Shown: piece by piece, positions 24,220-35,607 of the stretch
Position numbering within the stretch: position 1 is the first letter of the stretch
Layout of the letters: every line of letters starts with the position of its first letter
Assembly (NCBI GenBank): GCA_965603825.1
Contig: CBFDEM010000046.1
Coordinates: forward strand, 731,341 to 795,340
Reading direction: 5' to 3'
Source: Blepharisma stoltei ATCC 30299
Lineage: Eukaryota > Protista > Ciliophora
Length of the DNA: 64,000 nt
Notes under the pieces: generated by a model
What the model saw: only the letters and a program-made list of their open reading frames with translations
Told to the model about the DNA's origin: nothing
Database searches by the model: none
Position numbers and translations under genes: made by a program

Positions 24220-26631
24220 TTACTCAATTGAAATTAGGCTTTTTATTAGACTCGCCATAATTTCTCTAACAGCTCCATCTTGACATCTGACTTCAATTCT
24301 TCCAGCTGAAGCTGACTTATTTAATGTAATTTTACATAAAGCAATAAAATCTCCTTCTCCATAAATAACTACACTCCTCTGGCCATCTGGGTATGCTCTC
24401 ATAATTCCATGCAAATTGCAATACTCTATCAATAGTTTCATGGATCTTATATGACTTCTTAAGCCATAGAACTTTCTGGTAATTTTTTCGCTTGATAGAG
24501 AATGCCATACATCCTGAGGGTTCTTACTGATAGAACTTTTGAATGATAATATATAGGTGATTGGAAGCTTTAAATAATTAATTTCTGAGTTATATATAAG
24601 CTTCCAAATTGGAGAGTTCTCGAAAGGGCTTGAAATAGTGTAATTAATGCAAAGCTCAAGGTTGGTATTTGCAGGGATGATAGATTTTTCGTTTTGGAAT
24701 GAAAAATCTATGCCTTCACGCTCGATAAATTCCAAGCGAAAATTATTAAAATCAAGCTCAGAGTTATTATTTATCGCTAGCTTGATTTTTCCTTCTTCAT
24801 GCAAGTTATAATCAACCTGAATTTTTTCATTTCTATAAAGAATTCCTGATTTTGATAATAGATTTTTTAAATAGAAATCATCATTTTGCACCTGAATGCC
24901 AAAAGATTGCGATTGTGAAGATTTTAAAGGAGTTATTGGGTTATTCAAACTATCTCTTTGGAGAATTGGAGATATATGTCTTATTGTTGGATATTTTGAT
25001 TCATGAGCGATTAGATTTGAAGAAAAATCTAGAGTTCCAACGTCAATAGGCTCTTTAGGGATTGATTCAGTCTTAATTGGAGAAATATCTGGGGTTAAAG
25101 ATACTGGAGACAAAGTAGAATTTGAAATATTTGATAAATCGATTTTTCCTTTATTGCTGCAAACGGAAAAAGAAAAAACAGTTTCAGTTGTGAACGATTT
25201 TTCATTCCCTTTTGCGTCTTTCAGAGCTTTTAACTCATTTTCAGCAATTTCTCTTTGGGCTGCCATGTATTGATTTATTGAAATTTGTCTTTTTACTTCT
25301 TCTTTGTCTGCCTTAATTTGAATTTCAAGCTCATTTATATGGTTTTCTAAATTTTTGTTTATTTCTTTATAATTCTCAATCACAATCTGATTTTCTTCAT
25401 TTTTTGCTACACTTATTTCCAGCTCTTTAATTTTTTTGACCAATTCTTTATTTTTAAAATTTTTAATTTTATTTTCATCAATTGCACTATTCAGCTTTTC
25501 ATTGATTTCATTATAATCTTCTTCTGATTTAGTAATTATAACAAGTGCATTTTCGTACTTGTCTTTTAAATTAAAATAGGCTTGTTTAAATTCTTTTCAT
25601 TCAGGGTCTAACTCAAGCTCAAAATCGCCTTTTTCACCTTTAAAAGGGCTTTTGTCGAACTCAGAAAAAGAAAGTGCAGCCTTTGCCATGTCATTTTCAA
25701 TTGCAGATCCTTGATAGTCAAGCTGAGGATCAACTTGAGGAGAAATTTTCGGATTTGGGTCTGAGTAATTCTTGGAAATTGGCTGGGGCAGTAAATTACT
25801 TCTGGAAATGGAAATCCTTTTGGTCTCCTTAATAGGAATCGATGATTTTTTTCAGTATCTGTAAATCTGATAAGCCTTATTGATTTCATCTGTAATCTGT
25901 GTCAACTCATTTATCAGCTGAAATTGGTCATTTTCCATACTTGTATTTACTTCCTTTTCAAACTCGTATTTTTGCTCAATTAAAAGTTTTATTTTTCTAC
26001 TAATCAATTTTCTGTCAGGATTTGCATCCATCATTATTCTATGGACTGAAGCCAGCAAATCTTTGCATTTTTCGATATTTTGGATAATTTTAGAAGTATT
26101 TACCTCTGTTGGGACGTCTAATGGAATAAGTTCTGGAAAAGTTACGCCCATTTCTTTTAGTTCTTGATAGGTTTTAAAGAATATTGAATCGTTTTTGTGT
26201 CTGTCATATCGATAAATCTGAGCCCAATCTTGAATACATTGCAAAACTAAAATAAAAAACTCTGCTGAGGCTTCTCTTTGAATATCAGAATCCGCTAAAA
26301 AAATATCCATGCCTCTTAGCATGTCAGAAGATTCCTATGTAAATATTACACATCTATACTTAGCGATTTCTTTATAAAATTTCAAGCCTTTTCCAAGAAT
26401 TCTAATAAAATTAAGATTTTTTGTCTCAGAGATGGCTTCAATTATTTTGGCAGCTTGAAGCTTGTAAACAGGAAGCTGCTGAGAGTCCATAATTTTTAAT
26501 AAATTTTTTAGCAGATCTCTGCATTCAGTTTTATGAGCTTTTGCATACTTATTAGCAACTTCTTGAATTAATCCTTGGTTTCCTATTGACAGAACAGCTG
26601 ATTTTAATAAAATTACATCTTCTTCTTTCAT
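24220..26631 (-). CDS. VHS-like domain, helical/coiled-coil region and alpha-adaptin-appendage-like domain (~798 aa, 1 intron)
   Basis: ORFs join through intron 26335-26349 and two TGA codons. VHS end ILVLQCIQDWA..YQELKEMGVTFP; ear-like SGILYRNEKIQV..LKLPI..W..L..RIEVR. Confidence 0.72.
26335..26349 (-). other. 15-nt spliceosomal intron
   Basis: GTAATATTTACATAG, phase 0, ends in an in-frame TAG. Confidence 0.88.
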
Positions 26632-26990
26632 TATTTTTATAGATGGAATATTAAGCTGGCTAAAATAATAACAATTTATTTCGTAAAGTTTAGAGTCTAA
26701 AAGAATTTTCTATTTCTGGTAAATCTGGAAGATAGTTATAATTGTAAATAATTAAGGCTAAAGAAATTTGGATCATACTCAAATATAATTATATTAAATT
26801 TCCATCATCTTTGCTTTTTGAATTATAAAAAATTTAGAAGCTTACATTTTGCTTTTTAAGGCTAAAATAGATTTGGTTCATAGGATGTGACTATAAGGTG
26901 GATACTAAAATAATTATTAAAATGGCAATGTTATTTCCTTCTTTTTATTAAATATAAATTATTATTGATTTTATAAACAAATTAAGTTAA

Positions 26991-29135
26991 TTAGCAAACG
27001 CAGCCCTTTTTCAATTTTCCACATTGGAAGCAAAAAGTTGTGTGGCAAGAAGAGCATTTTACTATAGATTTATTAGTTTCATTCAAAGTCACTATTCCGC
27101 ATTTAGGACAGACCTTGCCGTTGTTCATTTCAATCCAATTCAGGAATTCCTGATTTTCTTTTGCAGCATTGATTGCACATTCGCACTCTCTCTTGGTTTC
27201 TATTGCACACTTTAAGCAGTATTCAATTTTGCAAAGCGGGCACGTATACTTGCAAGCACACCCAGGGTCAAAAAAATACTGGCAATTATTCGTAAAACAC
27301 TTCATAATCCCAGGTATCAGCCAATTCGGATGTGACTTAGATTTTCTCTTTTCAGGGTGCTTTTTCTCATCTTTTTTCTCTACTTTTTTCTTTTGTCTGG
27401 CTGGGTCTATAATATACTTTATCATATTTTCTGTAAGTGGAGTCCTGCACATCGGACAAATTACCCCAGATTGAGACTTTTTTATTGATTTATTCACAAT
27501 TTCTATAAGGCAAGCGTTATGAAATTGATGAGAGCATTCGAGCTTTGTGTCGTCCTCTTCTAATTCTTCCATACAATATGGACACTCTTCTGGATGCTTA
27601 TATAGACTGTAAATGACGTAATTATTAGCGACTTCTACGTCATCTATACATGTCAGCAGGTCTTCGAAGTCAAAATAGCCAAGGTAGGTTAAGCTCACAA
27701 CTCGTGGAGAAAATAAAGATCTCACAAGGTGGAATAAGTCAGTTATTTGTATCCCGTGCCTGCGCTCGAGAAGAATTCCAATAACCATATTTATGCATTC
27801 TTGAGGGGTAACGAAGTCAGTTTTTTTAAATAGAGGAATGTTGTGGTTGTCAGAGTTATTTCTTTTATTGATTTGGCTTACTTGTACAAGTTTTTTTCTT
27901 TTGATTGCAATACTTCTTTCTTGGATTCCGAATTCAAAAAACTCATAGATCTCTTGAATTGAAAGTTTTGGCTTATTTCTCATATATAAATGCTTAAATA
28001 AGAGAGATAAGGCTAAAACTCCTTTTGGCATACGCTTGCCTATCAATTTTTCTAAAAATGCTAAAAATGCTTCATATTTTTCCAAAGATTTTTGATTTAT
28101 TTGGCCATTATGAAAAACTGTCCTGAATTCTCCATCGTCTACTTTTTTAATGTAATTTTGAGGATCCTGCCTATATTCTGAGGAATATACTTCATAGCCA
28201 GGAATATCATGCACAAATCCCTCTATAAAATTCAACGACGCATCGAATCCATAAACATTCAGCAGCATTTCCTGGATTCTAAATAAAAATGGCACCAGTT
28301 TGGAATTTTCAAAAAATTTTATGGTGCCTTCAATAATTTCAGAATTAATTGCAGGTGCATTTTTAGAAGCAAGCAGCAAATAATTTTCGCTTTCCTCTTC
28401 AAAGAGCAGCAATTTTATATAGTTTTTTCTTTCTGTGGTCTCTATAAGTTTATTAAAGTCAAACCTCAAATTTTTATCTTGGAATTTCTTTATAATTCTG
28501 CTTTGAGTGCAGAGTGGGTAGCCCTCTGATGAAATTTCATCAATAATTTTTGCTAAGTCTTTTGGCTTTGCTTTGCGAGAAGCTGTTGGAACTATAGCAT
28601 GCATCTCTTTTAAGTCAGGCTTATACCAAACAATATTCAGTTTCATATCTCTTATCAGCTCACAGAGATCTTTTAAAATACTATGAGACAAAGTATTAGT
28701 TGCTATAATAACCAGTTCGAGTTTTGATACTACTTTATCTTTGATATCTTGTATCAAACTTTCCTCCATATTTGACTCATTTGGCTCTACACCTATTTCC
28801 CCTATATTTTTTCGAAAAGCATAGAACAATATGTCAGAAATATTTTTATTGATAATTGAGTTGACGTCCTGCTGAATGTTGGTTAAGTCTTCTTCTTCTC
28901 CTCCTGCTCCTGAGGAGTTTAAAAAGCATATTGGGCTTTCAAAATCTTTTATTCTGTTGGAAAAGCATTTTTCGCATAGCGATATAAGATCATAGATACT
29001 TCTTATATGGATTTTTGGGCCGCAAGATTCACATGCTGTGCATATGTCTTTGCATTGGCAAACTCGACAGAGGGATTTTTGACAGGTTAGGCAATCCTTG
29101 ACAAATTTTGACTCATCGCAATTGGCACAATTCAT
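26991..29135 (-). CDS. B-box-like, LOTUS/OST-HTH and RING-IBR-RING-like protein (714 aa)
   Basis: N-terminal CxxC clusters; LOTUS-like GIQITDL..SLTYLGYFDFEDLL.CIDDV; C-terminal RING1, IBR and RING2 Cys patterns. Confidence 0.8.
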   Translation of the reverse strand: MNCANCDESKFVKDCLTCQKSLCRVCQCKDICTACESCGPKIHIRSIYDLISLCEKCFSNRIKDFESPICFLNSSGAGGEEEDLTNIQQDVNSIINKNISDILFYAFRKNIGEIGVEPNESNMEESLIQDIKDKVVSKLELVIIATNTLSHSILKDLCELIRDMKLNIVWYKPDLKEMHAIVPTASRKAKPKDLAKIIDEISSEGYPLCTQSRIIKKFQDKNLRFDFNKLIETTERKNYIKLLLFEEESENYLLLASKNAPAINSEIIEGTIKFFENSKLVPFLFRIQEMLLNVYGFDASLNFIEGFVHDIPGYEVYSSEYRQDPQNYIKKVDDGEFRTVFHNGQINQKSLEKYEAFLAFLEKLIGKRMPKGVLALSLLFKHLYMRNKPKLSIQEIYEFFEFGIQERSIAIKRKKLVQVSQINKRNNSDNHNIPLFKKTDFVTPQECINMVIGILLERRHGIQITDLFHLVRSLFSPRVVSLTYLGYFDFEDLLTCIDDVEVANNYVIYSLYKHPEECPYCMEELEEDDTKLECSHQFHNACLIEIVNKSIKKSQSGVICPMCRTPLTENMIKYIIDPARQKKKVEKKDEKKHPEKRKSKSHPNWLIPGIMKCFTNNCQYFFDPGCACKYTCPLCKIEYCLKCAIETKRECECAINAAKENQEFLNWIEMNNGKVCPKCGIVTLNETNKSIVKCSSCHTTFCFQCGKLKKGCVC

Positions 29136-30369
29136 TTTATAAGCTGAGACAAATAAATAATTATTGCGAATGTTTACTTCTTAATTGGCAAAGAAAAAAG
29201 TAATAAAATTTTTTTAAAATTGTAAGCATCTATAACCTGAGAGAGAAAATTTTATATTTATTTTAAAGGCATTTTAAGTGCTAAATACTTTAACCTAACT
29301 TTGATGAAAATCAGTTATAAATATTTTATCAACTTTGCTATCTTAGAATTTCTCTTAAGTGCCCATCAAAGAAATAAAGTTTAGTGCTTTTAGGTCTAAT
29401 AAGCCGAGGAATGTAACAGAAAGTAATTTATGATATAAAGCTATGTATAAAGTTAAATTTCAATGTAAATTAAATGAGACGTTTTATATTTCAATAATTA
29501 CAAAATAAATTGACCCCAAATGGGCTTTAAATTATAAAGAGAATGCTTTTAAAATAGGTTGCTTTATGATTTTATTTTTATTGATTATTATGACTTATCA
29601 CTACTTGTTAAATAATTAGAAAAGATTTGATTATTCTTCCAATTATCGAGAAACAAATGTTATTTGAAATAAAATAATAAATAGGAATAGAGCAGCAGAG
29701 GTATCAATTTTATCTCTCAGAGCTTGTTTTTATATAAATTTAAAATTTTGTAACCATCTTTGACGCCAAAATATACAAGGAAAATATTAACTATGAAGCA
29801 GCATTTAATAATTTTGCATTTGCAAGACAACTCAATATGCCAACTCTATTTTAAAATAAATATATTTAAAAATTCAACTTGGATTCAGAAAAATAGGCTT
29901 TGATTTTACGTCAAAAAATAACATTTTTAGCCGATTATCTAAAATATAAAATTTGTATATAAAACTTCATATAATTAAAAAATTCTAAAAGACTAAAAAA
30001 GTAGACTGAATGAAAAGGAAGCAATAAGTTAGACTTTATAGCAATTTTATTGAATTAGATACAGATATAAAGTATGAATTCGCATGACCTCTCTGTTGCA
30101 TCATAAGTATTTTTAGAGATTTTGAGATATTAAGTGCACTTAGAATGATAGCATAACCAATTATAATCTATTAGTTCAAGAAACTTAATTAAAAATAAGA
30201 TATTATTTTTGCAAATATTCTAAAGCGAGCTTTTATTTTATTTTATTACATTATTATGAGAGTTTCTATGGAATTAATACGATTTTACTGAGTTTTTTAA
30301 TTAATATTTATATACGAATTAAGCGACACAAATTTAACTTAGCAGAAAAGTATCCATAAAGGAACAAAA

Positions 30370-30966
30370 ATGTCAGAGTGCCGAATCTGTTTAAATTCTT
30401 CAAACGACTCCGCGCTCATATCTCCGTGTATGTGCAGTGGCTCTATTAAATACGTCCATTCGCATTGCTTACAGCACTGGCTAAAAGAAAAATACCCTAA
30501 TCGATACAAAACTATGCCTATTAAGACTAGGGGATGCAATACCGGATTAAAATGCGAACTTTGCAAGTATGAATTTCAGGGCAAATTAAGGTTTTTGGGG
30601 ATATCAGGGATACTTAAGAAACTAAAAGAAACCCAGGCTTTGATTTACATTATTCTCAACGTTCCTGTAGTTTTGTATCTGATATATAAGTTTAACTACC
30701 TGCTACGTCATCTTTTAAATGTGTCAAAATCACATATAAATTTAATCAAACTTCAAAGCTCAGGATGCAAGAAAATATTTATGTTGACCAAGTTTTATAT
30801 TAGATTCCTTTTAGGACTGCTGCCTGTGGCAGTATTCGGAGCGTCGGCTCCCACGATTGCATATAGCACTATGGTGCTCGCCAAAAATTTAATATCAGAA
30901 TGCCAAGTTTTTGAGATCAAAAGTATCAGTGGGAAGATGCAAAATCAACTAAAAGCTGTAAATTAA
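30370..30966 (+). CDS. MARCH-type RINGv E3 ligase with TM segments
   Basis: [24 protein letters not shown] followed by two hydrophobic helices. Confidence 0.88.
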   Translation: MSECRICLNSSNDSALISPCMCSGSIKYVHSHCLQHWLKEKYPNRYKTMPIKTRGCNTGLKCELCKYEFQGKLRFLGISGILKKLKETQALIYIILNVPVVLYLIYKFNYLLRHLLNVSKSHINLIKLQSSGCKKIFMLTKFYIRFLLGLLPVAVFGASAPTIAYSTMVLAKNLISECQVFEIKSISGKMQNQLKAVN

Positions 30967-31416
30967 ACTCGTTATTTAAAAGATATATTAATATATATAA
31001 TTCTAAATTATTTTATAAAAAAAGTTGGTAGCTGAATGTGTTTAGACTTATAAAAAAATATATAAGAAGTAACTAATGAGATTCAAAGCAGTTTTGGTGC
31101 TTAGGTAACTTTTTTTTAGATCTTGAATTTTTCTATCAACATTTTGCACTGTCAACTGGTGAATAAATGGAATTTTTCTAACTCAGAAAAATAAATTAAA
31201 TTTGAAATTTAAACAAATGTCTTTATATCCTTAATTTTGACAGGATAATAAGATTCAAATTTTTTAAAAAAAGAGAAAATTTATAAAAAATAAATCCATT
31301 CGCCAAAATATAAAAATTGACAAAAAAAGACCTTCAACTATTTAATTGTAAATTTTTAAATTATAAAAAACACAGCTTTAATTTACATAAGATTTGGTTT
31401 TCATAGCTATGTAAAA

Positions 31417-31914
31417 ATGGAAGCTTTTATGAGGCGTGCTCTCGAGCTTGCTCGGCACTCAAGCAGTCAAGGTGAAATCCCAGTTGCCTGCGTTTTCGTT
31501 CACAATGGCCAAGCTCTCGCTGAAGCATGAAATATGACAAATGAAACAAAAAATGCCACAAAGCACTGCGAAATCGTTGCAATCGACGAGATTCTTAAAA
31601 CCCATCCTCCTTCTATCCTTCAAGAATGCGAATTATACGTCACTTGTGAGCCTTGCATTATGTGTGCTTCTGCTTTAGAAATAATTGGGATAAAAAAAGT
31701 GTATTTTGGGTGCTATAATGAAAGGTTTGGAGGAAATGGGTCTATACTTTCAGTGCATGAAGGGTACTTATAAAGTAGGAAATATGAAAGTGTTGGAGGA
31801 TTTTTTGCAGAAGAAGCAATTAAGATTTTTAAAGATTTTTATGAGAGAGGGAACCCAAATGGTAAGGAATATGCAGCACCTCCTGAAAAAAGGCACAGAC
31901 CAGTTGCAGAATAA
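31417..31914 (+). CDS. ADAT2: tRNA A34 deaminase catalytic subunit (~155 aa, 2 introns)
   Basis: GEIPV, HCE, CEPCIMC, N.RFGG.GS and [10 protein letters not shown] after splicing; TGA at 31528. Confidence 0.9.
31764..31778 (+). other. 15-nt spliceosomal intron
   Basis: GTACTTATAAAGTAG; contains an in-frame TAA. Confidence 0.88.
31862..31876 (+). other. 15-nt spliceosomal intron (no stop codon)
   Basis: GTAAGGAATATGCAG; removal restores the conserved NPNAP. Confidence 0.8.
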
Positions 31915-32145
31915 TGATTTTTAATAAATAATATGAAGAGGAATAAGTTTAAGCGGCACTTAATTAAAGAATATTAATTAGAAAATAAAGTTTTCTTTTT
32001 TAAAGAGGTAAACTGTAGTCTCCATATTTCTATCATAAAAATGATTATAATAAATAATTGAATGATATTTTAATAATTGTCTTATTACTTTAAAGTTTTA
32101 GATACTAATGAAGGTATATTTAAAGAGGCGAAAGGATAAATTCTC

Positions 32146-32264
32146 GTTGTCGGCCATACTATGCCTAACGCACCAGATCCCATCCGAACTCTGAAGTTAA
32201 GCGGCATAAGGCGAGGTTAGTACTTGGGTGGGGGACCGCCAGGGAAGCCCTCGTGCTGACAGCT
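32146..32264 (+). rRNA. 5S rRNA
   Basis: GTTGTCGGCCATAC..GATCCCATCCGAAC..GAAGTTAAGC..GTTAGTAC..GGGAA..GCTGACAGC, with paired ends, ~119 nt. Confidence 0.97.
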
Positions 32265-32268
32265 AATC

Positions 32269-32273
32269 TTTTT
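32269..32273 (+). terminator. Pol III oligo-T terminator of 5S rRNA
   Basis: TTTTT immediately downstream of the 5S gene. Confidence 0.7.
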
Positions 32274-32511
32274 CTTTCTCAAATTCTTTTTAACTTTAAA
32301 TAATCAATCTCTTTTAGCAGTCATACTATACCTGTTCATATCCTTTCCTATTTTCTAAAAATTTATTTTTAAAAATTCAAAATAAAATTTTCTTATTCAT
32401 TAATCAATTTTTTAAATCTATCTTATCTCTTTTCCAAAATTATAAGTTTTATGCTTAATGATCGTTATAATTTTACTTTCTATTTAATTTAAATTCATAA
32501 ATCAAGTAAAA

Positions 32512-34608
32512 ATGGAAGATGGAATATCTGGCTTGCTTCTTACAGTAATAACAAACACAATTGTTTTTTCTATATGCCTTCTCTTTTTCTTACTATATCG
32601 ATCTCTACGCTCAAAGCCTCTATTTTCTTCAGAAAGGGTTTCAGGCCCACCCTTTCCCGAAGGTCATATATCAATACTAGAAGCGATACATAAGCTTTAT
32701 TACACCTCTGATCATGAATTATCAATATACTGCAAAATGGACGGAGCTTTATATCTAGCATTAATCAGAAGAGTGGGGTATCTGCTCTTCATTTTTTCAG
32801 TCATTGGAATTATTGGGCTTATTCCAATTTATATGACTGGAAAGAAGAAAATTTCTTCAAATCAAGGAGATATTTCATATTATTCAATAGCGCATGTAAG
32901 TGGGTATGATACAGAAATGATTTTACCTGGGGTTTGTGCTCTTTTATTTTCAGTTGGATCTTATATTTTAGCATATTCTTTTTTCAAGCTTACCAAAACA
33001 AGAGAGATGTCTTTGACAGTAAATTTTATATAGCCTGAAGCCAGCAAAGAATTATATGTAAAATCTAGCACTATCCAGATTTCTAATGTCCCAAAAAGGA
33101 TTTCGCCATTTAAACTGAATGGGATTATTTACAATCATATTCATACCAGATATCCTGACGAAATTTTATCAGTGAATGTAGTACCAAATTTATCTAAATT
33201 ATTTTCATTGTGTCAAGAACAACAAAAATTAGAAAAAATAATAAGCCGATATAAGGTAATAGCAAGAGAGTAAACTTTATATAGAAATAACCAAAGACCA
33301 AAAATAAGGGCCAGCTGATTTTCTAGCAAAATTGACGCGATAATGCATTATGAGAGAAAAAAACAAGAAATTGAGGATTTAATTGAAATCGAAAAATATA
33401 AAGAAATTGATTCAAATTTAGGATATGGATTTATCGTTTGTAAAAATCCTGAATCTGCAGAGCTGCTATTAGAAAATTTTTCTCCAAGTATTGATTTAGG
33501 CATCGAGATGAATAAATGGAAATTTGAGCCAGCGCCCTACAACTCAGATATTATATGAGAAAACATCGGTGTCAGCAAATTTTATTCAAATTTAAAAAAA
33601 TGAATTGCCAATTTTTCATTTATTTTAATTTTTTTGATTTTATTGACACCTCTTACTTTAGCAGGGCTGGCTTCAACAATTATAGAAAAAGTTGAATTTA
33701 TTACTGGAATTAAGGCTTTGATCTCTTTTTCGCTGCCTTCAATTGCACTAAGCTTGTTTCAATCTTTAATCATCCCATTTGCTGTAGGAATTTTAGTCAG
33801 ACAAGAGTTGCATTTATTGTTTTCAGAATCAATAGCAAGCTCTATATGGAAATTCTTGATCTTTGTAATCACCAACTTAATTATATTCCCATTACTAGGA
33901 GCAGTCACTTTAAGCATGGCTTTTGTAACTTTATCTAAAGTAGAAATTTTGGAATGGAATATAAGATTCGCTAAGAATATTATTTCTGTAGGAGAATTTT
34001 TTGTAAGTTTTGTGATTTCTATGAGTTTTGTATCAAATTTGCTTGATTTATTAGCAGTCCCTACACTTTTGACTACAAAATATAACGAATGAAAAGCAGT
34101 TACTCCAGAAGAAGAAAAAGAAGCTGCCAGAGCACCGAAGTTTGATTTTGGGCTAGAATATTCTAAAATGCTGGGCGTTTTTACTGTAACTTTGATGTTT
34201 TCTATTACAATGCCTCTGATTTTACCATTCGGCTGCCTATATATTTTTATAAAATACTGGGTAGATAAATACAATTTATTATTTGTATATAGAGTTGAAA
34301 TGACTTGTATAGGAAAAGCACAGGAAGCGATTTTGATGTTTATCATGATAGCGATTGGGCTATTTCAGCTAGTGAATTCTGGGGTTTTTATGGTAAGTGG
34401 CGAAAACTGATTTTCTTATTTTGGGTGGTGCTTTGCTGTAATTTCAATGATAACTTTTTTAGCTTGTTTTTTTGTAGATGCAAAAATACTGGAATTTTTG
34501 AATAGAAAAAGAGGAAAGGAAGAAGAATCCCTTCTTTTTTATGATTTGACAGGAGATATCAACACACTTTATAAGCATCCTTGTGAAGCAATTGTAAGAC
34601 ATTTATAA
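32512..34608 (+). CDS. OSCA/TMEM63 (CSC1-like) mechanosensitive channel (~688 aa, 2 introns)
   Basis: DGALYL, KIDAI..Y, GFI, AP...DII-W(TGA)-EN, P.ILPF..Y..IKYWVDKYN and YKHP; five TGA codons. Confidence 0.92.
33019..33033 (+). other. 15-nt spliceosomal intron
   Basis: GTAAATTTTATATAG; ends in an in-frame TAG. Confidence 0.92.
33270..33284 (+). other. 15-nt spliceosomal intron
   Basis: GTAAACTTTATATAG; removal deletes an in-frame TAA. Confidence 0.9.
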
Positions 34609-34708
34609 TAAATAATTTAAAATTCGTAAAGCTTTTTTATTTTTTTGAGAGCTGAGAAAAATGCATTAAACAGAAAAATAAAACACCAAAACTTAAATAT
34701 AAAACAAA

Positions 34709-35560
34709 ATGGCAGAAACGGTACAAAAAGGCATGACAATAGATTTTTTACGTGAAGTAACTGAAAAAGTAAATAAGTTAAAAACACTCAGCAACATCAA
34801 AGGGATTTCTGACTTAGAAATAAAAGTCAAGCAAATCTCTGAAAACAAAAAATCCAGCATCACCTTATCAGATATTGACAATCACGAGACAGAGCATCGA
34901 GACGATTCCAATTACGAGATTTATCCTACAGACGAGCTCTCCAAAACTCTCCGAAGATCAGCCACCAAAAACTCTTTAGAAATTAGTTTAAGCAGCTCTA
35001 ATAGTTCAAAATCTTCTAGCGACCGCAGCATAAAACAAAAAAATAAATATATTTGTGGAGCAGTCAAGCAGCAGCTAAAACAACTAAAGCAAAAAACAGC
35101 AGAAAGCTTAAAATATATTAATAAAAGCAGCAAAGAAGCAGAAAACTATAAGTCTCAAGTCAGTGAGATGAAAAAATCAATACATGAGCTGCTTGAAGAA
35201 GCAAGCCAAACTAAGGAACACATCAGCAGCATGAGAGGCCACTTTGAAAGTGTTATTGACAGCATTAAAGGAGAAGAAAATAGCCCTTTCGCCAAAGATG
35301 AATGTGTAGAATTTGACGTCAGCGCTATCAAAGGAAGCGTTTATGAGCCAAGCGTATCAGAACAAATTAAACAGCTTCAGCAAAAAGCAAGCCACATACA
35401 AAGCAGACTGTTAACTAGGGAAAGCGAAGTCATGCAGAGATGTGAAGAAAATTTAGAATTAAAAGCTTTGATAGAAAAATTAAATAACGCGCTGGACGAG
35501 AAGACTGTAAAAGTGGAAAAAGAAGAAAAAACCATTGGATGCCAATGCGAAGTTTTTTAA
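34709..35560 (+). CDS. Coiled-coil protein with C-terminal CaaX motif
   Basis: 283-aa ORF ending GCQCEVF. Confidence 0.8.
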   Translation: MAETVQKGMTIDFLREVTEKVNKLKTLSNIKGISDLEIKVKQISENKKSSITLSDIDNHETEHRDDSNYEIYPTDELSKTLRRSATKNSLEISLSSSNSSKSSSDRSIKQKNKYICGAVKQQLKQLKQKTAESLKYINKSSKEAENYKSQVSEMKKSIHELLEEASQTKEHISSMRGHFESVIDSIKGEENSPFAKDECVEFDVSAIKGSVYEPSVSEQIKQLQQKASHIQSRLLTRESEVMQRCEENLELKALIEKLNNALDEKTVKVEKEEKTIGCQCEVF

Positions 35561-35607
35561 TTCTGCAGTGGCATAATTAATTTGAAATTTATAAGGATTT
35601 TTACATT

